Virus record (IMG/VR): IMGVR_UViG_3300027759_000044
Length of the DNA stretch: 64,000 nucleotides
Strand: one strand, 5' to 3'
DNA from: a virus
Taxonomy: Duplodnaviria; Caudoviricetes
Within the stretch, counting starts at the first letter, position 1; each line of letters begins with the position of its first letter. The position numbers and the translations under genes were made by a program. Positions 29,123 to 38,289 of the stretch are shown one piece after another. A model generated the notes under the pieces. The model had not been told where the DNA came from and did no database searches. It worked only from the letters and a program-made list of their open reading frames with translations.

Positions 29123-29458
29123 TTATTTTGCTACTGTTATTTTTGGCTTTGCAGGCGCCTTAGGTTTTGCTGTTTTTGCAGGTGCCTTAGCTGGAGCTTT
29201 AGCGGCTGTTTTTGCAGGTGCCTTAGGCTTTGCAGGTGCTTTGGCCTTCTTAGCAGGTGCCGCAATTGAAGCTTCTGTTCCTGCAGGAATTACTTCAACT
29301 TTTGGTGTTTCGGCTTTAACTGGTTCTGCTACTGGAGCAGGGGCTTCTACTTTATAAGAAGCAGTAATACTTGATTTATCGTCCCCGCGGACAATATTTC
29401 TCATAAAAAACCACCAAACACCTACACCCAAAATGACCAATACTATAATAATTTCCAT
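29123..29458 (-). CDS. Membrane-anchored protein with histone-like PAK-rich tail
   Basis: N-terminal TM; AKAPAKPKAPAK repeats. Confidence 0.75.
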   Translation of the reverse strand: MEIIIVLVILGVGVWWFFMRNIVRGDDKSSITASYKVEAPAPVAEPVKAETPKVEVIPAGTEASIAAPAKKAKAPAKPKAPAKTAAKAPAKAPAKTAKPKAPAKPKITVAK

Positions 29459-29556
29459 TTAATTTCTCCTAAACATATATTTAATCACGGACATTAAAAC
29501 GGTTATTTTTCCTAATATATTGTTACATTGCATGGCCCTGCTACAATAAATACATT

Positions 29557-30048
29557 ATGACAAAAAGATCCGAACTTTCCAAACTAATGCGTGAACCGCT
29601 ACCAAGTATCGGTTACCAAAAACGTCTAAGCTATCGCACAACTCAAGCTGAGGTAGTAGAACTATACAAAATAATCAATCAGGTATGCTTTAACAATAAA
29701 TTGAACATGCCTGAAATTGAAATCACGCCCCGATGTAGGAAATATTGGGGAATGTGCTTTGCTAGTTATGATATAGTTAAATATCGCAAAACCTATTGTA
29801 AAATCCGTCTCATGGACAAATGGTTCTGTAAACAATGGTTAATCACTACCCTGGCACATGAAATGGTTCATCAATATCAATGGGATATTGACGGAGCTAA
29901 ACGTGAACGTGAGGGTAAGGAAAGAATAATGAGTCATGGTCCTAGCTTCTATGCCCATAGAGAAAGACTAGCTAAACACGGAATATCATTAAAAGTAGGT
30001 CATGGCCAAAAACGTTGGCTCAAGCATCAAAGTTTTGCCAAGTGTTGA
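29557..30048 (+). CDS. SprT-like zinc metalloprotease
   Basis: TLAHEMVH, HG..F motifs. Confidence 0.8.
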   Translation: MTKRSELSKLMREPLPSIGYQKRLSYRTTQAEVVELYKIINQVCFNNKLNMPEIEITPRCRKYWGMCFASYDIVKYRKTYCKIRLMDKWFCKQWLITTLAHEMVHQYQWDIDGAKREREGKERIMSHGPSFYAHRERLAKHGISLKVGHGQKRWLKHQSFAKC

Positions 30049-31125
30049 TTATTTGATATTTGGATTCTTAACTACGTTACCGTATTGATCCACTAGGATA
30101 ACGTCTTTTGTACCCTTCTTACCTATACCGCGAGTTAATGTAACTCCTAGGGGACGAATACCTGCTATTCCTAAACTTTCACTATTACGTCCACTGTCAT
30201 TTCGTAACTGCCAAACCATCAGATGGCTTTCTGGTATATCAGCAGAACTAGTAATAACTGCATGACAATCAACTGTTACAGTAGGACCATCTTGTACAAA
30301 GTGTTCCGGTTTGAATGTTTGAATAACAATTCCACCTTTAGGATTTAAATCACTTCCAAAGATAGCATTCAATGCTTCTTCTTCTGTTGGCTCTATAACA
30401 ATTTCCTTACTTAATTCATACACAGGAACTATGCCATTCTTTTTCTTACTCTCACCAATTTTATTAAGTTTAATATGACCTTCTTTGACTAACTTATCTA
30501 ATATACTACGGGCACGTTGTCCAAACAAATTGTCAGCACTTTCCCACATATCAGCATTTAACTTTTTAATACTTATTGGTAGAAATCCTTTAGGACTTTG
30601 TAACACAACGTCGGCTTTTTTACGATTACCGGTATCACGTCCTGCAACATTAACATTGATACAATTCTTAATGGTCATCTTTTTACCACGTGGGTCAACA
30701 AATGTTACATTAGCTGATCCGTACTTTTCAACTACAGATTGAATGATACTAGCTAACTCAATCTCATTGGCTATACCGGCACTATTATCACCTTGGCCGC
30801 CACTGTCTTTTATGACAACTTTTACTGGACCATTGGCAAAAATTATACCACCCAAACTGCTTATCCCTTTATCCATAGAGTATTCAACCCCATCATGTGG
30901 ATATGCTTTTTTAAGTACTGCTAGCACTTCTTGTAAGATATCATCTCGGAATTCAGCTTTCTTTGCACCATCAGGAATTTGTACCAAAACATTGATTTTA
31001 TTGCCGTTAATTTTGAAATCTTCATACCCAGCTTTACGCAGAGTCTGTTCCACATCATGTTTGGTAACAGTCTTTAATTGGTCATCCGCTTCAACCAAAG
31101 TTCTTGTAAATTCAGTATATCTCAT
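30049..31125 (-). CDS. Putative PD-(D/E)xK nuclease-fold protein with capsid-targeting-like N-terminus
   Basis: ANE..., KKADV..ISIKK; starts MRYTEFTRTLVE. Confidence 0.45.
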   Translation of the reverse strand: MRYTEFTRTLVEADDQLKTVTKHDVEQTLRKAGYEDFKINGNKINVLVQIPDGAKKAEFRDDILQEVLAVLKKAYPHDGVEYSMDKGISSLGGIIFANGPVKVVIKDSGGQGDNSAGIANEIELASIIQSVVEKYGSANVTFVDPRGKKMTIKNCINVNVAGRDTGNRKKADVVLQSPKGFLPISIKKLNADMWESADNLFGQRARSILDKLVKEGHIKLNKIGESKKKNGIVPVYELSKEIVIEPTEEEALNAIFGSDLNPKGGIVIQTFKPEHFVQDGPTVTVDCHAVITSSADIPESHLMVWQLRNDSGRNSESLGIAGIRPLGVTLTRGIGKKGTKDVILVDQYGNVVKNPNIK

Positions 31126-31203
31126 GTATAATATCTCAAATAATGTGCTAATTATAGCACTATTAAGTATTTATCGCAAAACATTTTTAAAGAAGGAAAC
31201 AAT

Positions 31204-31794
31204 ATGAGTTTAGTCCCAATGGTGTTAGAACAAACAAGTAAAGGTGAACGTAGCTATGACATTTATAGTCGTCTATTACGTGACCGTGTTATCTTGCTTG
31301 AAGGGGAAGTACATGACCAAATGGCAAATCTAATCGTTGCTCAACTGCTATACTTAGAAAGTGAAGGTTTTGAAAGGGATATCAGTCTTTATATCAACAG
31401 CCCGGGCGGCTCTGTAACAGCTGGTATGGCCATCTATGACTGTATTCAATTCATTAAACCCGATGTTCAAACAATCGTTATGGGTCAAGCCTGTTCAATG
31501 GGTTCATTACTAGCACAAGCCGGTGCTAAGGGTAAACGATTTATGTTACCAAATGCTAGACATATGGTACATCAACCGTCAGGGGGCGCACGTGGTCAAG
31601 CCACTGATATGTTAATTCAAGTAGAAGAAATTCTTGCTATGAAGAAAAACCTAACTGAAATCTATGTTAAGCACAACAGCGCAGGTAAGACGTTTGAACA
31701 ACTTACGGCTGATATGGAACGTGATAACTTTATGTCTGCTAAACAAGCACTTGAATATGGATTGATTGATAAAATTATGGAGAAAAGAGATTAA
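31204..31794 (+). CDS. clpP: ClpP protease proteolytic subunit
   Basis: [21 protein letters not shown] (Ser), HQP (His), ERD (Asp). Confidence 0.97.
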   Translation: MSLVPMVLEQTSKGERSYDIYSRLLRDRVILLEGEVHDQMANLIVAQLLYLESEGFERDISLYINSPGGSVTAGMAIYDCIQFIKPDVQTIVMGQACSMGSLLAQAGAKGKRFMLPNARHMVHQPSGGARGQATDMLIQVEEILAMKKNLTEIYVKHNSAGKTFEQLTADMERDNFMSAKQALEYGLIDKIMEKRD

Positions 31795-31796
31795 TA

Positions 31797-32483
31797 ATGA
31801 ATCTGATTCTTAATCCTGCTAATGAATTAATTTATATCAAGGATATGACTGATATAATTGATTTTAAATCTATTATTAGTGAGTTTAATAATTTAAAATT
31901 TATTAAAAATACTCAAAATGAAATAACAGATAAATTAAACTTATTTGATGACATTAAATTTCAAAATAGTAAAAAATTATTGGAATTAGAATGTAAAAAT
32001 TATTTAAATGAATGTTATCAAATACAAGAAATGTATGAGGATATAACTATAACTAATAGTTGGGGTAATATAACTAAACCAAATCAAAGCCATCATCAAC
32101 ATATTCACCCATTAAGTGTAGTTAGTGGTGTGATATATTTGGATAATAATGTTGATAATTTAAATTTAAATTTTATGTTTAAAAATAGAACAGCAGATAT
32201 ACCATTTTTTATGGAAAAAGACAAAGAGGCAACTTTGTCATTAAAAGGAATATTAGAACTATACGGACATAGTGCTATATTACATAATAATCTTAAAAAT
32301 CATTTAATTTTGTTTTTATCTAATCTATCACACTATGTTACACCTACACCAATAAATTCTATTCCCCGAAAATCAATATCATTTAATACATTTTGGAAGG
32401 GTATGGTTGGCGCCAAAAACAACCCGTTAAGCACTATTAGTTTTGACCAACTATCAGTACGCCCAAATCACGCTACTATTTGA
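31797..32483 (+). CDS. 2OG-Fe(II) oxygenase (TIGR02466-like)
   Basis: SW.N..H.H..S.VSGV.Y, LILF.S.L.H.V, RKSISFN. Confidence 0.75.
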   Translation: MNLILNPANELIYIKDMTDIIDFKSIISEFNNLKFIKNTQNEITDKLNLFDDIKFQNSKKLLELECKNYLNECYQIQEMYEDITITNSWGNITKPNQSHHQHIHPLSVVSGVIYLDNNVDNLNLNFMFKNRTADIPFFMEKDKEATLSLKGILELYGHSAILHNNLKNHLILFLSNLSHYVTPTPINSIPRKSISFNTFWKGMVGAKNNPLSTISFDQLSVRPNHATI

Positions 32484-32541
32484 CAATAAATGGGCTTTCT
32501 GCTACAATAGATACTTAGACAGTTAGATAAAGGACTAGGAA

Positions 32542-32808
32542 ATGACTAAGAAAATCTCTATCAAAGTATTCGCAGACCCCGGACATGCTTGGGCACGTTT
32601 CCCTAAAGCAAAATTGGTCAGTCTCGGTATTGCTGACAAAATTAGTACTTATAGTTACATGAATGGTTCCAATGCGTTTTTGGAAGAGGACTGTGATTTG
32701 AGTACTTTATTAGTAGCCCTTCGTGACCGTGGGTATGAAATCAAATTCAACGAAAGCCACACTAACCGTCAAAGCAAAATCCGCGGTTACAATACATACA
32801 AAATTTGA
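32542..32808 (+). CDS. Early hypothetical protein
   Basis: DPGHAW..FLEEDCD motif; stop TGA lies inside the next -35 box. Confidence 0.8.
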   Translation: MTKKISIKVFADPGHAWARFPKAKLVSLGIADKISTYSYMNGSNAFLEEDCDLSTLLVALRDRGYEIKFNESHTNRQSKIRGYNTYKI

Positions 32809-32863
32809 CAATAAATGGTTTTGGGTCTATAATAGAGTCTTATTCAGTCAAAAGGAGTTAGCA

Positions 32864-33151
32864 ATGGGTTTACGATACGATACAGTGGGCGAGATGATTA
32901 CCATGAACGAAAGCCAAAAACGTGACATTCGTATGTACGGATGCACAGAGGCTCAAATGCGTGAGGCTGTAGAACAAAGTATTACTTTTCGTCATTCTGG
33001 TCCTGCAATGATGGCCGCTAGTCTCATGTCCGATGCCCAAGAAATGATTAACACCGAGTACGGTGACATTGACTATATGCGAGCCGAAGATGCCCGTCAA
33101 GCCCTGAACCGTGCAAAATGGATACTTTTTGAGTATTGCGACAAACGCTAA
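32864..33151 (+). CDS. Early hypothetical protein
   Basis: AAGGAG RBS after cassette. Confidence 0.75.
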   Translation: MGLRYDTVGEMITMNESQKRDIRMYGCTEAQMREAVEQSITFRHSGPAMMAASLMSDAQEMINTEYGDIDYMRAEDARQALNRAKWILFEYCDKR

Positions 33152-33215
33152 AATTTGACATTAAATGGTTTTGGGTATATAATAGAATCTTAGACAGTCA
33201 ACTAAAGGACACAAA

Positions 33216-33476
33216 ATGAAAGAAGTTACAGCAATCAAAGTTATTCAAAAAGACGCTGAATTTTTAGGTATGGGTTTCTTGTCAATGATGAAATTCATTG
33301 AGACCAACCCGCTAGCACAAAACAGTAAGACTTTGGAAGCCTTTAAGGTTCTTAACCCTTACTACGTTTTCCCTAAGAAAACGGTCAAAAATCTAATGTC
33401 CGGCAAGGAAATAGAGATTGATGCTGACACTCCACACTGTTGTAATCCTGCAACAGAGACTTATTGGTCAATGTAA
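33216..33476 (+). CDS. Early hypothetical protein
   Basis: C-terminal TP.CC.P..ETYWSM motif. Confidence 0.8.
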   Translation: MKEVTAIKVIQKDAEFLGMGFLSMMKFIETNPLAQNSKTLEAFKVLNPYYVFPKKTVKNLMSGKEIEIDADTPHCCNPATETYWSM

Positions 33477-33538
33477 AAGGTTGACAATAAATGGGTTTGG
33501 GTATATAATAGAGTCTTATTCAGTCAAAAGGAAACAAA

Positions 33539-33886
33539 ATGTTGTTAGTTAATAAATCTCTCAAAACTTCAGGTAACGGTTTTTGGTCAAGTGCAGTTAA
33601 ATCTGTTAAGGTTACAGGTCTGGACCTCTCTTATGTAAGTGACAAAGGTGAATTCGGTGAGTTGCGTGTGTACTTTGATACTACATCTTGGAACGTTGAC
33701 AAAGACGGATTGATCTATACTGACAAACAATTCATTAAGGAAGTGAAAAAATTGTTGGCCGAACAACATCTCGGTACTGACGTTTCATATTCCGAGCAAG
33801 GTATGCAAGGTGATACTTTTGTATCACTGGATTGCGGATCCGAATTCATCAAATCTTTCCAAAATTTGCTTACAGTGGAACTGTGA
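33539..33886 (+). CDS. Early hypothetical protein
   Basis: GLIYTD..F, YSEQGMQG motif. Confidence 0.8.
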   Translation: MLLVNKSLKTSGNGFWSSAVKSVKVTGLDLSYVSDKGEFGELRVYFDTTSWNVDKDGLIYTDKQFIKEVKKLLAEQHLGTDVSYSEQGMQGDTFVSLDCGSEFIKSFQNLLTVEL

Positions 33887-33899
33887 AAGGTAATACTAA

Positions 33900-34121
33900 A
33901 TGACTAAATTTGAAAACCTCCAGGAACTGTTGTCTTTGCTCAACGAAGCGCAGGATTTGATTGAAGAAATTTACGGTGATGCAGACGAGGCTTTTGACAT
34001 GTCCATCAACCTTAGTAATGTCATCTCCGATGTAGAGGTTGAGATAGATTTTGAGGACATTAGACTTGACCAAAACTTGACAATAAATGGTTTTCCTGTT
34101 ATAATAGAATCTAGACAGTAA
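33900..34121 (+). CDS. Small very acidic early protein
   Basis: D/E-rich; reads through the next promoter cassette. Confidence 0.65.
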   Translation: MTKFENLQELLSLLNEAQDLIEEIYGDADEAFDMSINLSNVISDVEVEIDFEDIRLDQNLTINGFPVIIESRQ

Positions 34122-34137
34122 AGAAAAGGACTACAAA

Positions 34138-34410
34138 ATGCGTACAAAAACTATCATCGATGGCTTCAAAAATTCACAAAAATTCCGTGTAATTTTCAAG
34201 GGTGACGGATCCGAAAACGATATCGGTATGTATATGACAGTCCAGCAAATGACGGAAATGTTTGCTACCAATACAGCCCGTACAGTTTGCTGGGATGCGT
34301 TGATTAAATTGTCTTATTTGCGTTATGAAGCCAAACGTAAAAATGAGACGGTTCCTACAGGTCTAGGACATACTTTCCGCAACAAACAGGTCCAATTAGA
34401 TTTGGTGTGA
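34138..34410 (+). CDS. Early hypothetical protein
   Basis: AAGGA RBS. Confidence 0.8.
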   Translation: MRTKTIIDGFKNSQKFRVIFKGDGSENDIGMYMTVQQMTEMFATNTARTVCWDALIKLSYLRYEAKRKNETVPTGLGHTFRNKQVQLDLV

Positions 34411-34475
34411 GATTTGACAATAAATGGCATTTGTGCTATAATATATACTTAAACAGTTAATTAAAGGATTTCAAA

Positions 34476-34958
34476 ATGGCAACACGTTCTACAATCGCTC
34501 TCGAATTTGCTGATGGTACTATCGGTCAAGTGTACTGTCACTGGGATGGTTACTTGGCTCACAACGGTAAAATGTTGCAGGAATACTATTCTAATCCCTT
34601 TATCTTGCGTGACTTGATTGACCTTGGTAGCTTGTCTAGCTTGCGTCCTCAAATTGGTACAAAGCATCCCTTCAGTATGTTTGAAGCAAACATGACTCAG
34701 GATGAATATGCTAACCTGTATCGTGACATGTGTACATTCTATGGTCGTGACTGCGGAGAAGGTAGTTCAGATGCTACATACTTCAAAGACTACGAACATT
34801 TTTTGGTTGATGGTCAAGAAGAAGAATACGATTACATTTTGCGTAATGTAAATGGTAAGGCTACTTGGTTTGTATCCGATCATGGCGGTGACTTTCAATT
34901 ACTGACAGTAGCATTGATTGAAGATATATTAGAAAATGTAGAAGTATTGCCCCTGTAA
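34476..34958 (+). CDS. Early hypothetical protein (MATRS..YCHWDGY family)
   Basis: YCHWDGY motif. Confidence 0.8.
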   Translation: MATRSTIALEFADGTIGQVYCHWDGYLAHNGKMLQEYYSNPFILRDLIDLGSLSSLRPQIGTKHPFSMFEANMTQDEYANLYRDMCTFYGRDCGEGSSDATYFKDYEHFLVDGQEEEYDYILRNVNGKATWFVSDHGGDFQLLTVALIEDILENVEVLPL

Positions 34959-34967
34959 GGAGTGACA

Positions 34968-35114
34968 ATGAAAGACGAGTTACTGGTTAAACTAGCAGAA
35001 ATTGGCAATATCTTAACAGAAGCAACCTGTGATGGTGTGAAACTTACAGAGGCAGACGAAGTTATGGAAATTCTAGGACAACTAGAACAAGCAGTTGATT
35101 ACTATGTAGATTGA
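34968..35114 (+). CDS. Small acidic protein (48 aa)
   Basis: Translated by me: MKDELLVKLAEIGNILTEATCD...; AAGGAG RBS. Confidence 0.65.
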   Translation: MKDELLVKLAEIGNILTEATCDGVKLTEADEVMEILGQLEQAVDYYVD

Positions 35115-35129
35115 CCCAAGGAGTAATAA

Positions 35130-35462
35130 ATGGAAGCAGTAGTAGAAACAACAGTTTGGAATGATAGCAACAATGCTAATCATACTTACTTACTTGATGG
35201 AACCAAAATGGTTGCGTACATCAAGGTTGGTTCTACTACTCCTGTATATTTCAAAAACCCGATCACAATAGATAAACGTGGTCGTAAGTTTGTAGCAGTT
35301 AAGCCAAATCCTTTCAAGGCAGTAAAAGAAAAATCTACAATCATTAAAGTATCCGGCAGTAAAGGTAATGTTTACTCTATTGATACTGATGAAAAAACTT
35401 GTACATGTCCCGGCTTTATGTATCGTGGAACATGTAAACATATAACAGAATTAGTTAAATGA
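35130..35462 (+). CDS. SWIM zinc-finger protein
   Basis: CTCPGF.YRG.CKH. Confidence 0.8.
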   Translation: MEAVVETTVWNDSNNANHTYLLDGTKMVAYIKVGSTTPVYFKNPITIDKRGRKFVAVKPNPFKAVKEKSTIIKVSGSKGNVYSIDTDEKTCTCPGFMYRGTCKHITELVK

Positions 35463-36307
35463 AAATAGCATTGTGTAGTGACTTACACTTAGAGTTTGAA
35501 GATATAATCCTTAGTAATACAGAAGGTGCTGAGGTCCTTATCCTATCCGGCGATATTATGTTGGCAGAAGATTTATATAATCATCCCCCAACAGTAACTA
35601 GCCCATATGAATCATATACTGAATTGGGTACAAGACAAAAAGCCGCACAAAGGTTCCGTGCTTTTCTTACTAGAGTAAGCAATGCGTTCCCTCATGTTGT
35701 TTATATTGCTGGCAACCATGAGTTCTATCATGGAAGATGGAGTGCTAGTTTAGATCACCTACGTGAAGCATGTTCTGCCTACTCAAACATTTACTTCCTT
35801 GAAAACGATATTAAGGTTATCAATGAAGTGTCCTTTATTGGTGCCACACTGTGGACTGATTGTAACAAGGTTGACCCACTAACATTACATGCTATAGCTG
35901 ACATGATGAATGATTATCGTGTAATTCGCAATGATGAACATGGATACAGTAAGTTACGTCCTGCACATACAGTACACCGTCATCAACAAACACTAAGTTA
36001 TTTGAAACAAGTGTTGGTTGATATGAAGGATAAGAAAGTTGTATTTGTAGGACATCATGCCCCTAGTTCAATGAGTACCCATGACAGATACAAGCATAAT
36101 GTTCATTATGTAATGAATGGAGGTTATCATAGTGAATTAAGTGAATTCATTTTAGACCATCCACAAATTGTGTTATGGACGCATGGTCACATGCATGACC
36201 CATTTGATTATAATATTGGCACTACCCGAGTGGTATGTAATCCTCGTGGTTACAAGGGTGCTGATCCTCAAGCCGATGTGTTTGAGTTAAAGTTTTTGGA
36301 CATCTAA
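35459..36307 (+). CDS. Calcineurin-like metallophosphoesterase (intact)
   Basis: SDLH, SGD, AGNHE, HH.P, HGHMH. Confidence 0.92.
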   Translation: MKIALCSDLHLEFEDIILSNTEGAEVLILSGDIMLAEDLYNHPPTVTSPYESYTELGTRQKAAQRFRAFLTRVSNAFPHVVYIAGNHEFYHGRWSASLDHLREACSAYSNIYFLENDIKVINEVSFIGATLWTDCNKVDPLTLHAIADMMNDYRVIRNDEHGYSKLRPAHTVHRHQQTLSYLKQVLVDMKDKKVVFVGHHAPSSMSTHDRYKHNVHYVMNGGYHSELSEFILDHPQIVLWTHGHMHDPFDYNIGTTRVVCNPRGYKGADPQADVFELKFLDI

Positions 36308-36403
36308 ATTAAACTAGGTGACCAAAAGATATTGTATATAACTCCTAGTTGTTATACAATAGTAACACGTTGTGAAAACAACGATTTTTTAAAGGAAACA
36401 AAA

Positions 36404-36664
36404 ATGACATTAACTAAACAAGCACGCCTTATTGAGGCATTTGAGCAAGGTGCAGAATTGACTGCAAAGCAAATTACCCAACGTTTTGGATTTGCTAACC
36501 CAACTGCTACAGTAAGCGATTTGCGCTTGCGTGGCGGATTGGCAATCTACGCTAACAAGCGTACAAACAAACTTGGTGGTACATACACTAAGTACCGTTT
36601 GGGTACACCTAGTCGTGAAGTTGTAGCCGCTGGTTACAAGGCCTTGGCAATGGGCCTTGTTTAA
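36404..36664 (+). CDS. Winged helix-turn-helix protein
   Basis: LTAKQI..RFG..NP.A.VSDLR pattern; AAGGA RBS. Confidence 0.65.
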   Translation: MTLTKQARLIEAFEQGAELTAKQITQRFGFANPTATVSDLRLRGGLAIYANKRTNKLGGTYTKYRLGTPSREVVAAGYKALAMGLV

Positions 36665-36685
36665 TCTCAATTTTGAGATGTGAAT

Positions 36686-36709
36686 AAAGGGTGATTCGTC
36701 ACCCTTTTT
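36686..36709 (+). terminator. Rho-independent terminator
   Basis: AAAGGGTGA-TTCG-TCACCCTTTTT. Confidence 0.85.
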
Positions 36710-36721
36710 CTGCCTTTATAC

Positions 36722-36750
36722 TTGTGTTTAATTCAGTTGTATGTTATAAT
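36722..36750 (+). promoter_or_regulatory. sigma70-type promoter with extended -10
   Basis: TTGTGT-17 bp-TATAAT, TG at -15. Confidence 0.6.
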
Positions 36751-36773
36751 AGTCAATCAGATAGGAGATAGTA

Positions 36774-37289
36774 ATGAGTTTATTTCACAAAGTAATGAAT
36801 AAGTTAGGTCGTTATCGTTTGATTCCTGATCGTAGGACAGGTTTAGATTACATGCACCGCTATTATTTATTTCTCAAAGACCGTAATTGGTTTCCCTTCA
36901 ACGTTACATTACATAAGATTGTTCGTAGTGATGATCCTATATTTCATGACCATCCCTGGGGTTATATGACTATTGTTCTTAAAGGTGGATATTGGGAGCA
37001 TACACCAGTGTTTAATGATGACGGCAAAATGCTTACAGAATTTCAAACATGGCGTGGTCCGGGTAGTATCATTAAGCGTGGTCCGGGCGAATATCATTGG
37101 CTTGAATTAGATGGCGAACAACCAGCTACTACATTATTCTTCATGGGTCGTCAACAACGAGAATGGGGCTTTCTAGTAGAAGCAAAAAAAGGCATACATC
37201 GTTGGATTAAACATGACCATTATTTGAATGATTGGAAACCCTATCACGAGAAATATGTAATGTCTAAAGCTAATAGGAAACAACAATGA
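36774..37289 (+). CDS. Cupin-fold protein
   Basis: LHKI..SD..FHDHPW..LKGGY.E..YHWL. Confidence 0.75.
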   Translation: MSLFHKVMNKLGRYRLIPDRRTGLDYMHRYYLFLKDRNWFPFNVTLHKIVRSDDPIFHDHPWGYMTIVLKGGYWEHTPVFNDDGKMLTEFQTWRGPGSIIKRGPGEYHWLELDGEQPATTLFFMGRQQREWGFLVEAKKGIHRWIKHDHYLNDWKPYHEKYVMSKANRKQQ

Positions 37290-37444
37290 TGATTAGTGTT
37301 TTTGCTACATTGTTCTTTGGTTATATACTAGCAACCAAAGATTACAAAGATAGTCCTAAGTGGATGTACTACATAGATGGACTAGTTTTTGCAATTAATT
37401 TTGCAATTGTTTTTAAGTACTTAACCGATATGATTGGATTTTAA
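37286..37444 (+). CDS. Small two-TM membrane protein (52 aa)
   Basis: Translated by me; two hydrophobic segments; ATGA overlap. Confidence 0.55.
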   Translation: MMISVFATLFFGYILATKDYKDSPKWMYYIDGLVFAINFAIVFKYLTDMIGF

Positions 37445-37446
37445 TA

Positions 37447-37677
37447 ATGTTTATCTCTCTCACAAATGCCAGTGACTTACACAAAGGCAATAAAATTGCA
37501 ATCAATATTGATTTGATTTCAACTGTGTTCAATACTCCCAATCTTGCTAAAAAAGAAAATGGTATAATTGAAAACATCACATATGTATTTTGTCCTCCTC
37601 ATGGTACATGGGAAGTACAGGAATCGTTAGATGAAGTAGTAGCTGAATTAAACAACTTTAGATGGAATAAAAAATGA
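37447..37677 (+). CDS. Hypothetical protein (FlbD-like pattern)
   Basis: MFI.LT..IAIN.DLI..V.ES.DEV. Confidence 0.6.
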   Translation: MFISLTNASDLHKGNKIAINIDLISTVFNTPNLAKKENGIIENITYVFCPPHGTWEVQESLDEVVAELNNFRWNKK

Positions 37678-37955
37678 ACGAAGATACTAGAGAAATTCTA
37701 TTAATCTTACAAGAAGAATGTGCCGAAGTTACACAAGCAGTAAGCAAGTGTTTTAGATTTGGACCAGATCAAATGAAACCAAATAAGCCAATGACTAATA
37801 TCCAAATGCTTGAAGAAGAATTGGGTGACTTGTTGGCTATGGTTGAATTGATTACAGATAACAATGTAGGTATTACAGTTGAAGGGTTAGATATGGCCAA
37901 AAAGAATAAATTTAAGAAATTAAAGAAATGGTCTAACTTAACTATCAATAAATAG
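37674..37955 (+). CDS. MazG-like NTP pyrophosphohydrolase
   Basis: LQEECAEV, LEEELGDLLA. Confidence 0.8.
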   Translation: MNEDTREILLILQEECAEVTQAVSKCFRFGPDQMKPNKPMTNIQMLEEELGDLLAMVELITDNNVGITVEGLDMAKKNKFKKLKKWSNLTINK

Positions 37956-37959
37956 TAGT

Positions 37960-38289
37960 ATGACACTGCTTGATATTATTTTAATCCTAGCTTTGGGATG
38001 GTTTATGGGTAAGTTTCATACAATGTATAAATTACGTAAAAACCTTCGTTCAATTATTATCATTGAAGAGGCGGCACGTAAACCAAATGTTTATAAATTA
38101 GAAACAGAAGAAATAGACAATACAATATTGCTATATGACCGTGAAACAAATGATTTTATTTGTCAAGGTAATTCATTAGAGCAACTAGCACAACTAAGTA
38201 GAGAATACAAAAAGATTGAATATGCTACAGTAAAGCACGGAGATTATTTTGTTGCATTTATTGAAGGCAAGGTAACTGAAAAAGTATGA
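37960..38289 (+). CDS. Membrane-anchored hypothetical protein
   Basis: N-terminal TM. Confidence 0.7.
   Translation: MTLLDIILILALGWFMGKFHTMYKLRKNLRSIIIIEEAARKPNVYKLETEEIDNTILLYDRETNDFICQGNSLEQLAQLSREYKKIEYATVKHGDYFVAFIEGKVTEKV

Larger units (their letters stand above)
32480..34475 (+). repeat. Array of six near-identical early promoter/RBS cassettes separating single ORFs
   Basis: TTGACA at 32480, 32805, 33155, 33481, 34077, 34414, each TTGACA(A/T)TAAATGG, 17-bp spacer, TA(T/C)AAT. Confidence 0.9.

Noticed and set aside
24103-31794. Bacterial chromosome origin for the clp/dnaK region
   Set aside because: Gene order is non-bacterial (no dnaJ/grpE/tig/lon), and the genes are interleaved with phage ORFs and share phage TAAATA motifs
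32480-34475. CRISPR array (recurring TTGACAATAAATGG)
   Set aside because: Spacing is irregular (300-600 bp), the intervals are ORFs, the repeat is a -35/-10 promoter, and there are no cas genes
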